Shown here: piece after piece, positions 30,158 to 41,632 of the stretch
Layout of the letters: each line of letters begins with the position of its first letter
Numbering within the stretch: position 1 is the stretch's first letter
Assembly: GCA_965204745.1 (NCBI GenBank)
Contig: OZ242010.1
Coordinates: forward strand, 928,001 to 992,000
Direction: 5' to 3'
Length of the DNA stretch: 64,000 nucleotides
Origin: Candidatus Latescibacterota bacterium
Lineage (GTDB): Bacteria > Latescibacterota > UBA2968
The notes under the pieces: model-generated
Database searches by the model: none
Seen by the model: the letters and a program-made list of their open reading frames with translations, nothing else
What the model was told of the DNA's origin: nothing
Translations under genes and position numbers: made by a program

Positions 30158-30291
30158 CCTTTAAGAGAGTATCTTACCTCTCCCGTCTTCCGTCTCACCT
30201 TTTACCACTGCCCGCCTTTGAACGGGCTATCGCCAGTTGTACCCCTTTTGTGCCTTTTGTGCCTTTTGTGGCTAAACTTTCATCTCACCTT

Positions 30292-31290
30292 TTACCGCTC
30301 TTGCACCAATTTCTCGAACTCTGAAGTCATCTTTTCCACGAACCCATCCTCTCGGCGCACGATCATAAACGCGGCCAAGCCGCGGGCTTCTGCAAATGCA
30401 AATCCCCTTTCCGGCCCCATCACGTTGATCGCCGTCGCCAAGCCATCCGCGTACAGGCAACTCGGATGCACCACGGACACGGACGCCAAGCCGTGCGTAA
30501 TCGGTCGGCCCGTGCGCGGGTCAAGGGTATGCGAATACCGCACCCCATCGCGTTCAAAATAATTGTGGTAATCCCCAGACGTCGCCAACGACATGTTTTT
30601 CAGTGCCAGCACCTTTTGCAACGCGCCCGGTTCTGTGGGACTCGCAATGCCGACCCGCCAGCGTTGGCCGAGGTGATTGCGTCCCTTGGTCCGCAACTCG
30701 CCGCCGATTTCGATAAAATAGCCATCCACGCCCAAACTATCCAAATAGCTCGCCACGCGGTCCACGCCAAAGCCCTTGGCTATCGCAGACAAATCGCAAT
30801 AAACCCCACCCACCTCTTTTTTGATCGCAGACGCAGACCGATCCACGCGAACCTTCTCGTAGCCCACCCGCGCTTTGCGTGCGGCTATCGAATCCGGCGG
30901 TGGCACGCGGTTCGGGATGGCGTTTGGGCCAAAGCCCCACAAATTGACCAATGGCCCAACTGTGACGTCAAACGCGCCATCGGACCAAGTGCTGATTTGA
31001 TGGGCAACGCGCAAAACCCGCGCAAAGTCCGGCGAGACGCGCACCCAGTTAGTCGAGCGCGAACGATTAAAGCGGCTGATCTCCGAATCCTTTCGATACG
31101 TGGACATCTGCCGGTTCACCTCGTCCAACCGCGCATCGATCTCCCGCGCCAATACCCGTGCGTCCAACGCGACCTCATCCCGCGCGATCTTCACCTGAAA
31201 CGTCGTCCCCATTGTCGAACCCGAGATCGCCATGAACGGCTCATCGCATCCGGCGAGGACAACCATCAAGATTGAAACCACCCAGCGCAT
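30292..31290 (-). CDS. apbE: FAD:protein FMN transferase
   Basis: TMGT, GAFDVTVGPL, DLSAIAKG, ATSGDY, YSHTLDPRTG and ADGLAT motifs. Confidence 0.95.
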   Translation of the reverse strand: MRWVVSILMVVLAGCDEPFMAISGSTMGTTFQVKIARDEVALDARVLAREIDARLDEVNRQMSTYRKDSEISRFNRSRSTNWVRVSPDFARVLRVAHQISTWSDGAFDVTVGPLVNLWGFGPNAIPNRVPPPDSIAARKARVGYEKVRVDRSASAIKKEVGGVYCDLSAIAKGFGVDRVASYLDSLGVDGYFIEIGGELRTKGRNHLGQRWRVGIASPTEPGALQKVLALKNMSLATSGDYHNYFERDGVRYSHTLDPRTGRPITHGLASVSVVHPSCLYADGLATAINVMGPERGFAFAEARGLAAFMIVRREDGFVEKMTSEFEKLVQER

Positions 31291-31361
31291 TTCGCATCTC
31301 GCAAAAAAAAGCGGAGCCCGGCGCGCCGGCACTCCGCTCGTCGTGTTGGTCTATGACGACA

Positions 31362-32612
31362 CTAGCCGCCAAAATCGTCGAACAAAACGTTCTCGGGCTC
31401 CACGCCCAAATCGTCTAACATGTTCAGACAAGCCGTGAGCATCAGCGGAGGGCCGCAAATATAATATTCGCAATCCTCGGGCGCGGGGTGATCTTTCAAA
31501 TACTCATCGTAGAGCACTTGGTGAATAAACCCGGTCAGGCCCGTCCAATTGTCTTCTGGCATGGGGTCGGACAGCGCGACATGCCAGGTGAAGTTGTCAA
31601 AATCGCGCTGCAACCCGTCGAAATCATCCACGTAAAACATCTCGTTCAAACTGCGCGCGCCGTACCAGAAGGTGACTTTGCGATCTGTGCCAATGCGTTT
31701 GAATTGATCAAAAATATGCGACCGCATGGGCGCCATGCCCGCGCCGCCGCCAATGAAAATCATCTCCGCGGGTGTATCTTTGGCAAAAAACTCGCCGTAA
31801 GGCCCCGAGATGGTCACATCATCGCCGGGTTTCAAATTGAAGGTCCACGACGACATCTTGCCCGGCGGAATGCCCGTCGTGCCCGGCGGCGGAGACGCCA
31901 CGCGGATGTTGAGCATGATGACCCCTTTTTCCTCGGGGTAATTCGCCATGGAATACGCGCGAAAAACCGGCTCATCCACCGTGGAAATATTGTCCCACAC
32001 CTCGAAGTGATCCCAGGTGCTGTGGAACCGATCTTCGCCATCGGCGGCTGTGATATCGAAGTCGCGGTAGTCGACCGTATGCGGCGGGCATTCGATCTGG
32101 ATAAACCCCCCTGCGCGAAACCCCACGTCTTCTCCCGGCGGCAATTCGAGCACCAATTCCTTGATGAAGGTGGCGACATTGTAATTGGAGAGCACCTTGC
32201 ACTGCCACTTCTTGACGCTAAACACCTCGGCGGGCACTTCGATATTCATGTCGCCCTTCACCGTCACCTGACACGAGAGCCGGCATCCCTCGCGCGCTTC
32301 CTTGCGGTTGATGTGCGATTTCTCGGTCGGCAAAATATCGCCGCCCCCTTCGCGAATCCCCACCTTGCACTGACCGCAGGTGCCCCCGCCGCCACATGCG
32401 GAAGACACAAAAATTCTGTTGTCCGCCAATGTGTTGAGCAACTTGCCGCCCACGGGCACCGAAATGCTGTGGTCCGGATCGTCATTGATCACGATGCGCG
32501 CCTGACCGGCCGTCACCAACCGCGATCTGGCAATGAGAATAATCGCCACGAGCATGAGCACGATGGTCGTGAACATCCCCACACCGAGTAGAATCAGTTT
32601 GACGTCGTCCAT
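31362..32612 (-). CDS. nqrF: Na+-NQR subunit F
   Basis: [27 protein letters not shown] and DDFGG motifs. Confidence 0.97.
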   Translation of the reverse strand: MDDVKLILLGVGMFTTIVLMLVAIILIARSRLVTAGQARIVINDDPDHSISVPVGGKLLNTLADNRIFVSSACGGGGTCGQCKVGIREGGGDILPTEKSHINRKEAREGCRLSCQVTVKGDMNIEVPAEVFSVKKWQCKVLSNYNVATFIKELVLELPPGEDVGFRAGGFIQIECPPHTVDYRDFDITAADGEDRFHSTWDHFEVWDNISTVDEPVFRAYSMANYPEEKGVIMLNIRVASPPPGTTGIPPGKMSSWTFNLKPGDDVTISGPYGEFFAKDTPAEMIFIGGGAGMAPMRSHIFDQFKRIGTDRKVTFWYGARSLNEMFYVDDFDGLQRDFDNFTWHVALSDPMPEDNWTGLTGFIHQVLYDEYLKDHPAPEDCEYYICGPPLMLTACLNMLDDLGVEPENVLFDDFGG

Positions 32613-32627
32613 ACCCTCTCCACATTG

Positions 32628-33236
32628 CTAAAGTTGAATCCCAGAAAAAAGCATAAAGGCCATCGCCATCAACCCCACGGTCATAAACGTAATGCCCAAC
32701 CCGCGCAGGGCCGGCGGCACATTGCTGTACTTCAGTTTTTCGCGTATCCCGGCCAACCCGACGATGGCGAGTGCCCAACCCGTGCCACTGCCCAAGCCGA
32801 ACACCACGCTCTCGGAAAAATTGAAATCGCGCTCGACCATCAGCAAGGACCCGCCCAAAATCGCGCAGTTCACCGTGATCAGGGGCAAGAAGATGCCCAA
32901 GGCGTTGTACAGGCTGGGAACGTATTTGTCCAACACCATTTCCAAAATTTGAATCATCGCGGCGATCACGCCGATGTACGTGACCAAGCCCAAAAACGTC
33001 AAATCGCCGTCAAACCCGGCCCAAGACAGCGCGCCTTCGGTCAGCACATGGGTAAAAATCAAGTTGTTGATCGGCACGGTGATCGTCTGCACCACGATGA
33101 CCGCGATGCCCAACCCGACCGCCGTCGTCACCTGCTTGGAAACGGCGAGGTACGTACACATGCCCAAGAAAAAAGCAAGGGCCATGTTTTCCACAAAAAC
33201 GGCTTTGACAAACAAGCTAATATAGTGTTCGAGCAT
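32628..33236 (-). CDS. nqrE: Na+-NQR subunit E
   Basis: [20 protein letters not shown] and FSGIQL motifs. Confidence 0.96.
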   Translation of the reverse strand: MLEHYISLFVKAVFVENMALAFFLGMCTYLAVSKQVTTAVGLGIAVIVVQTITVPINNLIFTHVLTEGALSWAGFDGDLTFLGLVTYIGVIAAMIQILEMVLDKYVPSLYNALGIFLPLITVNCAILGGSLLMVERDFNFSESVVFGLGSGTGWALAIVGLAGIREKLKYSNVPPALRGLGITFMTVGLMAMAFMLFSGIQL

Positions 33237-33237
33237 T

Positions 33238-33915
33238 TTAGTCCTCTTCCACTTGTTCGGGTTTCCAGGCGCGCACGATCCAGATAAAGAACCCGATTAA
33301 GAAAAACGCACTCGGCGACAACAACATCAAACCGTTGGGCGCGTACCAACCCCCTTCGGTGACGAGCGACAAAACTTCAACGCCCAAAATTTTGCCCGAT
33401 CCCAAGAGTTCGCGGAAAAACCCCACCGCGATCAGAATCGTACTGTAGCCCAAGCCATTGCCCACGCCATCCAACAAGCTGTGCATGGGTGGGTTTTTCG
33501 ACGCAAACCCCTCGGCGCGCCCCATGATGATGCAGTTGGTGATGATCAGCCCGACAAAAATGGACAACTGCTTGGAGATGCTGTACGCAAACGCCTGAAT
33601 GAGCTGATCCGCGATGATCACGAGCGCGGCAATAATGGTCATTTGAACGAGGATGCGGACGCTCGACGGAATGTGACTTCTGATCGCGCTGACCGACACA
33701 TTGGACAGTGCCAGCACGAAAATGACCGCCAACGACATCACGATAGACGTTTCCAACTTTGTCGTCACCGCGAGCGCGGAACAAACCCCGAGCACCTGAC
33801 GCCCGATGGGATTGTCGTCAAAAACAGGCGTGAACAACAGGCTCTTGGCTTCTTTCGTTGTCAGCGGCGGCGATGGCGCTATCGCGCGTTCTTCTCTTTC
33901 GATCACTTCAGCCAC
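33238..33915 (-). CDS. nqrD: Na+-NQR subunit D
   Basis: [10 protein letters not shown] and [13 protein letters not shown] motifs. Confidence 0.96.
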   Translation of the reverse strand: MAEVIEREERAIAPSPPLTTKEAKSLLFTPVFDDNPIGRQVLGVCSALAVTTKLETSIVMSLAVIFVLALSNVSVSAIRSHIPSSVRILVQMTIIAALVIIADQLIQAFAYSISKQLSIFVGLIITNCIIMGRAEGFASKNPPMHSLLDGVGNGLGYSTILIAVGFFRELLGSGKILGVEVLSLVTEGGWYAPNGLMLLSPSAFFLIGFFIWIVRAWKPEQVEED

Positions 33916-34705
33916 GAACCCCTCCTTGGTTTAGCGTTTTTAAGAATGCACCGTATCCCTTCTCGCCCAGCCAATAATTGATCATATTGTGGACGCCGCG
34001 CGTGGTAATGGTCGCGCCGGACAGGCCATCGACCTGGTATTGTGCTTTTGCCCCCTTGGGATCAACCTGCCCTTTGATCACGGAAAGGGCGACATTGCCC
34101 GCGTCGTCAAACGCCCGTTTGCCCGGCCACAACGCCTTCCATCGGGCATTATCGACCTCGCCTCCCAGGCCCGGGGTCTCGCCGTGTTCGTAAAACGCGA
34201 TGCCCTGAATGCTCTGCAAATCGCTGCCCAGCGACACAAACCCGTAGAGCGTGGACCACAGGCCATACCCGTAGATGGGCAAAATAACGCGCTGCAATTT
34301 GTCGCCTTCCATCACCTGATACACGAAAATGTAGTTCGGGCGGTTGCGGATATTGGCGATGTCTTCGCCCGGATCGACAGGCCGCCCAAACGCGGGGTCA
34401 ACGGCCATTTTTTTCAGATCATACGCCCCCACGCTGATTCCGTCCGGGTAGTCTTCCTGGCTCAAAATCCGCCCGGTATCCAGTTCGATCAGCAAGGGCA
34501 CGACCTTGTCTTCGTAAACCGCCTGCACATCGACCTCGGGATCGTACAGCCCACCTGCGACCAAAATATTCTTCACCATGTCGAGGCGTTTGTTTTCCCT
34601 TTGGATATCATCGAGCAACACCGCGGCCAGCGACACGAAGAACGAACACACCAAACACAGCGCGACCGCGACGAAGATCGTTTTTTTGATGCTGTCATTT
34701 TGCAC
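33908..34705 (-). CDS. nqrC: Na+-NQR subunit C
   Basis: [20 protein letters not shown] and DGLSGAT (FMN-Thr) motifs. Confidence 0.95.
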   Translation of the reverse strand: MQNDSIKKTIFVAVALCLVCSFFVSLAAVLLDDIQRENKRLDMVKNILVAGGLYDPEVDVQAVYEDKVVPLLIELDTGRILSQEDYPDGISVGAYDLKKMAVDPAFGRPVDPGEDIANIRNRPNYIFVYQVMEGDKLQRVILPIYGYGLWSTLYGFVSLGSDLQSIQGIAFYEHGETPGLGGEVDNARWKALWPGKRAFDDAGNVALSVIKGQVDPKGAKAQYQVDGLSGATITTRGVHNMINYWLGEKGYGAFLKTLNQGGVRG

Positions 34706-35897
34706 GGGCGAGTCTCCTCTTGATATTGCGGTTGATAAACACGCGGTCGATGATGGGCGCGAACACATTGCCGAACAAAATCGCCAGCATAATGCCTTCG
34801 GGATAGGCCGGGTTGGTCACGCGGATCAACACGGTCATGCCCCCGATCAACACCCCGTACACCCACTTGCCCCCGCGCGTTACAGCCGCGCTGACGGGGT
34901 CCGTCGCCATAAATACCGTGCCAAATGCAAACCCGCCGATGACGAAATGCCACGCGGGAGACACGTTGAACATCGGGTTGGTCGCGCTACCGACCCAGTT
35001 GAAAAACAACGCACATCCCACCATGCCGAGGGTGACGCCGGCCATGATTTGCCACGAACCCACGCGGGTCAAAATCAACACTCCCGCGCCGAGCAAACAG
35101 CAAAGCGCGGAGGTCTCGCCCATCGACCCGGGCAGAAAGCCGATAAACGCCTCCCACCACGTATAGGAAAAATCCATCTGCTGTGGATCCGCGTACGCGG
35201 CCAATGGCGTGGCGTGGCTATACCCATCTACGGCCACCCAAACCGCGTCGCCCGAGATTTGCGCGGGATAGGCAAAATAGAGAAACGCGCGGCCCGTCAG
35301 CGCGGGATTGAGGAAGTTCATCCCCACGCCGCCGAAAATCTCTTTGCCGATGACCACGCCAAAAATAATGCCGAGCGCGACTTGCCACAGGGGAATCAGC
35401 GGCGGCAATGTCAGCGGAAACAGGGTGCTGGTCACGAGAAAGCCCTCGTTGATCTCGTGTTTGCGAATCACGGCAAAAATGGCCTCGCACAGGCCGCCCG
35501 CGGCCACGGTCATCAGCTGTACGGGCACGAAGTAAATCGCGCCGAGCGCAAAACAACTCAGCACGTCATCGGGTTGAAACGACAAGCCCAAGGCCTGGCC
35601 GAGCCACACATGCCAATCGCCCGCGCCCACCGCGCCGAGCGACGCATAAGCCAGACTCGCTTGCAGGCCCGTATTGTACAGGGCCATCAAAATGCACGGC
35701 TGCAACGACAGCACCACCGTAATCATCATCCGCTTCAAATCCATGCCGTCGCGCACATGGGCATCGGCACGGGTCACTTCGCCGGGGGTGTAGAGGAACG
35801 TGTCGCCGGCTTCGTAAAACGGATACAGTTTCTCGAGCTTGCCACCTTCTTCAAAGTGCTCGGCCTGTTTGTCGAGTAAATCGCGTAAAGGCTTCAC
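34695..35897 (-). CDS. nqrB: Na+-NQR subunit B
   Basis: [29 protein letters not shown] and MATDPVS motifs. Confidence 0.96.
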   Translation of the reverse strand: MKPLRDLLDKQAEHFEEGGKLEKLYPFYEAGDTFLYTPGEVTRADAHVRDGMDLKRMMITVVLSLQPCILMALYNTGLQASLAYASLGAVGAGDWHVWLGQALGLSFQPDDVLSCFALGAIYFVPVQLMTVAAGGLCEAIFAVIRKHEINEGFLVTSTLFPLTLPPLIPLWQVALGIIFGVVIGKEIFGGVGMNFLNPALTGRAFLYFAYPAQISGDAVWVAVDGYSHATPLAAYADPQQMDFSYTWWEAFIGFLPGSMGETSALCCLLGAGVLILTRVGSWQIMAGVTLGMVGCALFFNWVGSATNPMFNVSPAWHFVIGGFAFGTVFMATDPVSAAVTRGGKWVYGVLIGGMTVLIRVTNPAYPEGIMLAILFGNVFAPIIDRVFINRNIKRRLARAK

Positions 35898-37249
35898 TAT
35901 CCTTCCTTTTCAATCTCGGTGAGGTTTTCGCGCAAAATGGGTCCAAAATCCATTTTTGACGAACACGAAAAGGTACACAATGCGAGGTCTTCCTCGTCCA
36001 ATTCCAAGATGCCCAGATTCTCGGCATCGTCGAGGTCGCGGGTCACGAGGGCGCGAATCAAAAAATTGGGCAAAATATCCAAGGGCATCACGTCGTCGTA
36101 ATTGCCGTGCGGCACCAGGGCGCGATGGCTACCGTTGGTCGACGTGGTCAAGTCGAGGCGTTGCCCGAAAAACAGTTTGGACAGGGCCAAATTCTTGATG
36201 GTGAAAAATTCCAAGCCGGGCGTGACCCAGCCCAAAAACGCGCGTTTGTTGCCCTCTTCGAGCGCGGTGATCTGCTGGTGGTACCGCCCCAAAAACGCGC
36301 GGTGATCATCCGCTTTGCGCCCGGAGAACACGGACCCGCTGATGACCCGATTTTCGACATTCTCGAGTTCGCCCGAGGTCAGATCCTCGAGGGACGCGCC
36401 CAGCCGCGTTCGGATCAATCGGGGGTGTTTCACCGTGGGCCCGCCCAAAGCCACCACGCGCTCGGTCATAATCCGCCCGGTTGAGAACAGATGCCCCCAC
36501 GCGATCACATCCTGAAGCCCGAGGTGCCAGACGGTTTTGTTGCGATGTACGGGGTCCAAAAAGTGGATGTGCGTCCCCACCAAGCCGGCCGGGTGCGGCC
36601 CGGAAAATTCTTCGACCTGCACGCGATCAGAATCGACTGCGGGCAATGCCAACTCTGGGGACTTGCACACAAAAATCGTCCCATCTACGAGTTTTGAGAC
36701 GATTTCCAAGCCCAGTGCAAAACGGTTCTCTCGCCCCGCCAAGACCCGCGCCATGTCGGGGGCCAAGGGGTTGGTGTCCATGGCATTGACGAAAATGGAT
36801 CGCGCCGCTGTCGCCGGGTCGACCACTTTGCCAAAGGGCCGCGCCCTGAGGGCCGTCCATTGCCCGGAATCCACGAGTTGTTTTTTGACCGCATCCGGAG
36901 CCAAACGCCCGATCTCGTCTTCCGAGTGGGATGCGAATGTGACCTCGTCGCTACCATCCAAGCGAATCACCATGGCCAAGAAAGCGCGTTTCGCCCCCCG
37001 ATGAATGGCGACCACGTCGCCCGCGCCGGGCGACGTGTATTGCACACCCGCCATTTTTTTGTCGGTGAACAGCACCTCGCCGAGTTTGACGCGCTCTCCC
37101 ACCTGCGCCACGATTGTGGGCCGCATGCCCACGTAATCCTCACCCAAGAGGGCCACCGTTTGCACGGGTTTGCCATTTCGCACCGCCGATTGATCGGGCA
37201 CGCCGCTGATGGGCAGGTCAAGCCCTTTTTTAATTTTTGTCAATCCCAT
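35897..37249 (-). CDS. nqrA: Na+-NQR subunit A
   Basis: [19 protein letters not shown] and [10 protein letters not shown] motifs. Confidence 0.96.
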   Translation of the reverse strand: MGLTKIKKGLDLPISGVPDQSAVRNGKPVQTVALLGEDYVGMRPTIVAQVGERVKLGEVLFTDKKMAGVQYTSPGAGDVVAIHRGAKRAFLAMVIRLDGSDEVTFASHSEDEIGRLAPDAVKKQLVDSGQWTALRARPFGKVVDPATAARSIFVNAMDTNPLAPDMARVLAGRENRFALGLEIVSKLVDGTIFVCKSPELALPAVDSDRVQVEEFSGPHPAGLVGTHIHFLDPVHRNKTVWHLGLQDVIAWGHLFSTGRIMTERVVALGGPTVKHPRLIRTRLGASLEDLTSGELENVENRVISGSVFSGRKADDHRAFLGRYHQQITALEEGNKRAFLGWVTPGLEFFTIKNLALSKLFFGQRLDLTTSTNGSHRALVPHGNYDDVMPLDILPNFLIRALVTRDLDDAENLGILELDEEDLALCTFSCSSKMDFGPILRENLTEIEKEG

Positions 37250-37473
37250 ATCGCCTCAATTTCCCAACCAAAAAAAAACAACCACCACTGTCAGTACAAC
37301 CGGCCCTTGCAGGCGCGGACGAACAGCGCAGTTGCAATGTGTTGGGACAATCAACACCTACGTGGGTAGGAAACAAATCCATTTCAATCCAATAAAGAAC
37401 AGACGCCAGCGCGAAACTGACGCGATATGTCGCCAAAATTTCGACAGAGAACCAACCATCCCGCGATGGAAAT

Positions 37474-37502
37474 AATTTAGTACAAGCCCTTTTAATTGTC
37501 AA
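37474..37502 (-). promoter_or_regulatory. sigma70 promoter for the nqr operon
   Basis: TTGACA-17 nt-TAAATT. Confidence 0.55.
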
Positions 37503-37547
37503 GAAAAACGATGTGACAAAACCGCCACGCCGCTCCGCCGATTCCCC

Positions 37548-39217
37548 CTACGGTGCCCAAGCCTGTGGTGCGATGCCTTCGAGGTGGGTTTTGACATCGA
37601 TGATCGCGGGTTTGCCCGAGGCGAGGGCTTGTTCCAACGCGCTCGGCAATTCGCTCGGGCGATAAACTGTCGTGCCAAAGCAATCCATAGATTGTGCGAT
37701 CTTGGCGAAATCCGCATCCGTGAGGATCCACAATTCGTCAGAGCCGGGGGTCTGCCCCCGTAAGTGCGCTCGTTGATGCCCTTTTCTTGGTTCAGGGAGC
37801 GGTTGTTGTTGACAATCGTCACCGTGGGAATGTCGTATCGCAAAGCCGTGTCGAGTTCGGTGAGGTGATACCAGATGCCGCCGTCGCCTGTGAAGCAAAT
37901 CACCGGGCGGTCTGGCTCGGCGCATTTGGCTCCGATTGCCGCGGGCAATCCCCAGCCGAGGGACCCAGCGCAGCGGATGAACATCTGCTCCGGGTGTTTG
38001 AGATCCATCATCGTGCCCGTCCAAATCCCCGAATGGCCCGTGTCCGAGACGAGGATGGCGTCGGCTGGCAGGAGATCCGTGAGTTCCTTGCACAGGCGTT
38101 CCGGGCGCATGGGCATGTCGTCTGAATCGACGAGCGGCGCGACTTCGGCGCGCCAGTCGCGCACCAATGCTCGGACGCGGCTGACCCAGGCCTCGCGTTC
38201 TGCGATGGGGTCCGCATGGTCGATCAACTTTCGTAGCGTTGCCCGCACGTCGCCTTGCAGGCCGAGCGCGAGGGGAAATGACCGACCGAGTTCCGCCGGG
38301 TTGATGTCCAGTTGGATAATGGTCGTGCCCTTGGGCGGGATTTTCCACTCATTGGTGACTTGCCCGCCTGTGTGGCTGCCGATGAAAAACACGAGATCCG
38401 CTTCGCAGACGGCCTTGTTCGCGCATGCCCGCGAGTAGTGCCCGCAAACCCCCACCGCGAGCGGATGGTCATACGGGAAGGTCTCTTTGGCGTTGAGGGA
38501 GGTGGCGACCGGAATGGACAATTTCTCCGCAAATTCGATGAGCTCCGCGCCCGCCTGCGAATAGGTGACGCCCCCGCCGGCAATGATCACGGGCCGCTCT
38601 GCGCGGGCGAGCAACTGAATCGCTTCTCGCACGCGCGACAGTTCCGGCTCTGGGCGAAACGGCGGCACTCGCACAAATTGCCCTTCGATGATGACGTCCA
38701 ACTCCGCTTCGGCTTCTGCGATGTTTTGCCCGATAAATCCCTCAAAGTCGAGATGCACCGGGCCGGGCGTGCCCGAGACGGCTTCCCGAAATGCCTGACG
38801 CAGAAAATACGGCAGTTGCTCGAGCGCGTTCACGTTGACGCTGTATTTTGTGACCGCGCCAAAAGGGCCCTTGTGATCGACTTCTTGATACGCATGCCGA
38901 TGCTGGTTGATCTGCGTCTGCCGTCCGGTAATGGCGATCACCGGCGCGCACGCGAGATAGGCGTCTTGCAGGCCCGCCGCGAGGTTGGCCGCGCCGACCG
39001 ATTGGGCCATGCAAATGCCGGCGCCTCGACTGATGCGGGCGTACGCATCCGCCATGTACGCAGCGGCTTTTTCGCCGTGTGTCATAATGCGTTTGATGCC
39101 CAAATTTTCCATTTCATACAACGCCTTGGGCGCGATGACGGGCATAAAAAAAACGTGGGTAATGCCGTATCCCTTAAAGGTTTCGGCGATGAACCGACCG
39201 CCGGTCATTTTGGGCAT
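37548..39217 (-). CDS. TPP-dependent enzyme (acetolactate synthase-like), apparent 1-nt frameshift near 37757
   Basis: HGEKAAAYMAD, PGPVHL and GDGG...NN; the natural C-terminus (DFAKIAQSM...GKPAIIDV) lies in the adjacent frame. Confidence 0.88.
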
Positions 39218-39636
39218 GGTGTTCTCCTTATCGCGGTTTTACGCAGGGCGATTGATTTTTGAAGACGCCATCAATATAAGCCCAAAAACAAAGTTATCAA
39301 GGGTTCAAGCACCGCGGGAAAACCACTTATTCCCCTCCCTACGCTAAAGAGATGGAATTTTAGGTAGTGTCTCACTTTGCAATTCGCCGACATTCGCAAC
39401 AAAATGATCGACATTTGAATCGGCAATCCGCCCAGCGCGATAACCATGGTTGCTGACCCAACGCAACGCGGGTCAGCCGAATGGTTGGCGCAGATGCCTT
39501 TTCGCCGTCGGATGGGCATTGCATGCCTTGATTTTGAACGGACAAATGTGTAAGTTTGAGGGTGTTGTGGTCGTCATTAAAAAGTCCCGGACTGGGGCTG
39601 AACGCTTTCGGGAAGTGCGTCGTGGATAAAAATTTT

Positions 39637-40584
39637 ATGGCTTTTGATTCCATCGTCGAAGAGGTCGCGCCGGATATGGCGTCGGTGAATGCGTCCATGC
39701 AAGCCCTGATGGGCGAGTTGGACAATTTTCAGGATATCGCACGGTACGTGAAGCCACTGCCGGGGGAAATCCCCATGCTCGATGGTGTGGATATTTACGG
39801 CGAGACCATTCCGCTCAACGGCATCGTGGGGGGCGATCACGTCGTCTATGTCGATTTTAAGACGCGCTACGATCTGAATGCGCGCATCGAGAAGGCCCGC
39901 GACCGGGGGCAGGAGCACGTCGTGAGAGAATTGGAAGCATGCAGGTTCAAGGCCGGGGTTGCTTTGGCCGATGTGTCCGGGCATCTGATTACGGACGCGC
40001 TGCTCGCCGCGATGCTGCATCAGGCTTTTCTGCTCGGCGCGATTTACGAAATGGATTACTACGGCAATATCACGCCCAAGTTGTTTGAAAATCTCAATAC
40101 GCGGTTTTACAACTCGTCTAGCTTGAGCAAGTTCATCACGATGATCTACGGAGAAATTTCCCGGGATGGGCATTTCCAATTTTTGTCGGCCGGGCATCCG
40201 ATGCCGATGGTTTATTCGCGCAGGTACGAGGCGATTGTCGATGTGCCCGAGTCCAAAATGATCGCCTGTCCGCCCATTGGCACGCTGCCGTCTGGCCGGG
40301 ATATCGACCGCAATGCGAACAAGAGCGTGCTCGGGTACAAGGAAGAATACGAGATTAACGAATGGGATTTAATGGGCGCGGGCGATATTCTCATTCTGTA
40401 CACGGATGGCTTGGTCGAGCACCACCGCCATGGCGAGTTGTACGCGCCGCATTATCTCGAACAAAAACTCCACGCGATCAGGGACCTGTCCGCCAAAGAA
40501 ATTTTCCACGCCCTCAAAGAAGACCTCATCGCTTTCACCAAGCCCGAAGACGACATCAGCTACGTCGTCATCAAGCGGTACTGA
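39637..40584 (+). CDS. SpoIIE/RsbU-like PP2C phosphatase
   Basis: VGGD, ADVSGH, SAGH, LYTDGLVE and EDDIS motifs. Confidence 0.9.
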   Translation: MAFDSIVEEVAPDMASVNASMQALMGELDNFQDIARYVKPLPGEIPMLDGVDIYGETIPLNGIVGGDHVVYVDFKTRYDLNARIEKARDRGQEHVVRELEACRFKAGVALADVSGHLITDALLAAMLHQAFLLGAIYEMDYYGNITPKLFENLNTRFYNSSSLSKFITMIYGEISRDGHFQFLSAGHPMPMVYSRRYEAIVDVPESKMIACPPIGTLPSGRDIDRNANKSVLGYKEEYEINEWDLMGAGDILILYTDGLVEHHRHGELYAPHYLEQKLHAIRDLSAKEIFHALKEDLIAFTKPEDDISYVVIKRY

Positions 40585-40621
40585 GGCCCCCTCTCCGCAC
40601 ATCCCTCCTTACTTTTTGCCC

Positions 40622-40650
40622 TTGACACACCCTTAAATTCTAACTATACA
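40622..40650 (+). promoter_or_regulatory. Putative sigma70 promoter
   Basis: TTGACA-17 nt-TATACA. Confidence 0.5.
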
Positions 40651-40683
40651 TGTGTGCAGTAATTGCTCGCATGGAGGCGCGCT

Positions 40684-41622
40684 ATGTCGGTTCGGGAAAA
40701 AATTCGGAAACGCTATGAGCAGGCCCTGGCGGCACTCGTGGAAAAACTCGAGCGAGACCGCACGGTGCTCGCGGCGATTCTCTTTGGGAGTTTGGCTTAT
40801 GACGAGGTGTGGAAGCACTCGGATATCGACTTGTGGATCATCATGGAGGACGGGCAAAAACAAGGAGGGGTCACGCTTTGCGAGGACGACGTCAACATCC
40901 ACGCCCAGCGCATTTCCCGCAGCGTTTTCAAACGCCGCATCGAAGGCGACCTCAGCGGAGGGTGGCTCGACTTCACGTTTTCCAACAGCGCGCTGTTGTT
41001 CACCAAAGACGACTCGGTGGCGCGGTGGTACGCCACTATCGACCACATCGGCACGCGGGACCGGGCATTCCAACTGATGCGGAACGCGGCCTTTTTGCTG
41101 CCCTCGCTCCACAAGGCCGAGAAGTACTTTTACTTAAAAGAGGACTGCGAATACAGTTTTTGGTGGCTGATGCAGGTCGTGCGCGGGTTGGCGACTATCG
41201 AAGTCCTGTTCCACAACCGAGCACCCGCGCGCGAGGTCATCCACCAGGCCCTGCAATTCAATCCGCAATTTTTCACGCGCGTCTATGCGGATTTTGTCAA
41301 CCAGCCCAAAACGCGCGAAGCCGTTGCAAGCGTGCTCGATCTGGTCAACCGGTATTTGGAAGACAAAACGCACGCCCTCTTTCGGCCCCTGCTCGACTAC
41401 CTCACGGAAGCGGGCGACGTGCGGACCCTGTCTGAAATCGACGATTACTTTCGCAAAAAAATTCAGGGCGGGGGCCTCGAGGAAGCCTGCGAGTGGCTCG
41501 TACAACAGGAAGTCATCGAAAAGCTGTCGTGCCCCATCCACCTGACCGAGAAAAGCCGCGTCGAAGTCGAAGAGCCCGCGTATTATTGCGACGGGGATGT
41601 GGTGGACTTGTTTGAGCAATGA
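40684..41622 (+). CDS. Pol-beta-type nucleotidyltransferase with helical C-terminal region
   Basis: LFGSLA...SDIDL motif. Confidence 0.75.
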   Translation: MSVREKIRKRYEQALAALVEKLERDRTVLAAILFGSLAYDEVWKHSDIDLWIIMEDGQKQGGVTLCEDDVNIHAQRISRSVFKRRIEGDLSGGWLDFTFSNSALLFTKDDSVARWYATIDHIGTRDRAFQLMRNAAFLLPSLHKAEKYFYLKEDCEYSFWWLMQVVRGLATIEVLFHNRAPAREVIHQALQFNPQFFTRVYADFVNQPKTREAVASVLDLVNRYLEDKTHALFRPLLDYLTEAGDVRTLSEIDDYFRKKIQGGGLEEACEWLVQQEVIEKLSCPIHLTEKSRVEVEEPAYYCDGDVVDLFEQ

Positions 41623-41632
41623 GGAGATCGAC

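Larger units (their letters stand above)
28882..30175 (+). mobile_element. IS110-family element, copy 1
   Basis: TCTT at both junctions; no terminal inverted repeats or TSD; near-identical to 54880-56176. Confidence 0.93.

Noticed and set aside
39440-39490. Hairpin GCTGACCC...GGGTCAGC in the TPP/PP2C intergenic region as a riboswitch
   Set aside because: No TPP riboswitch (CTGAGA...CCTGA) or other recognisable consensus.
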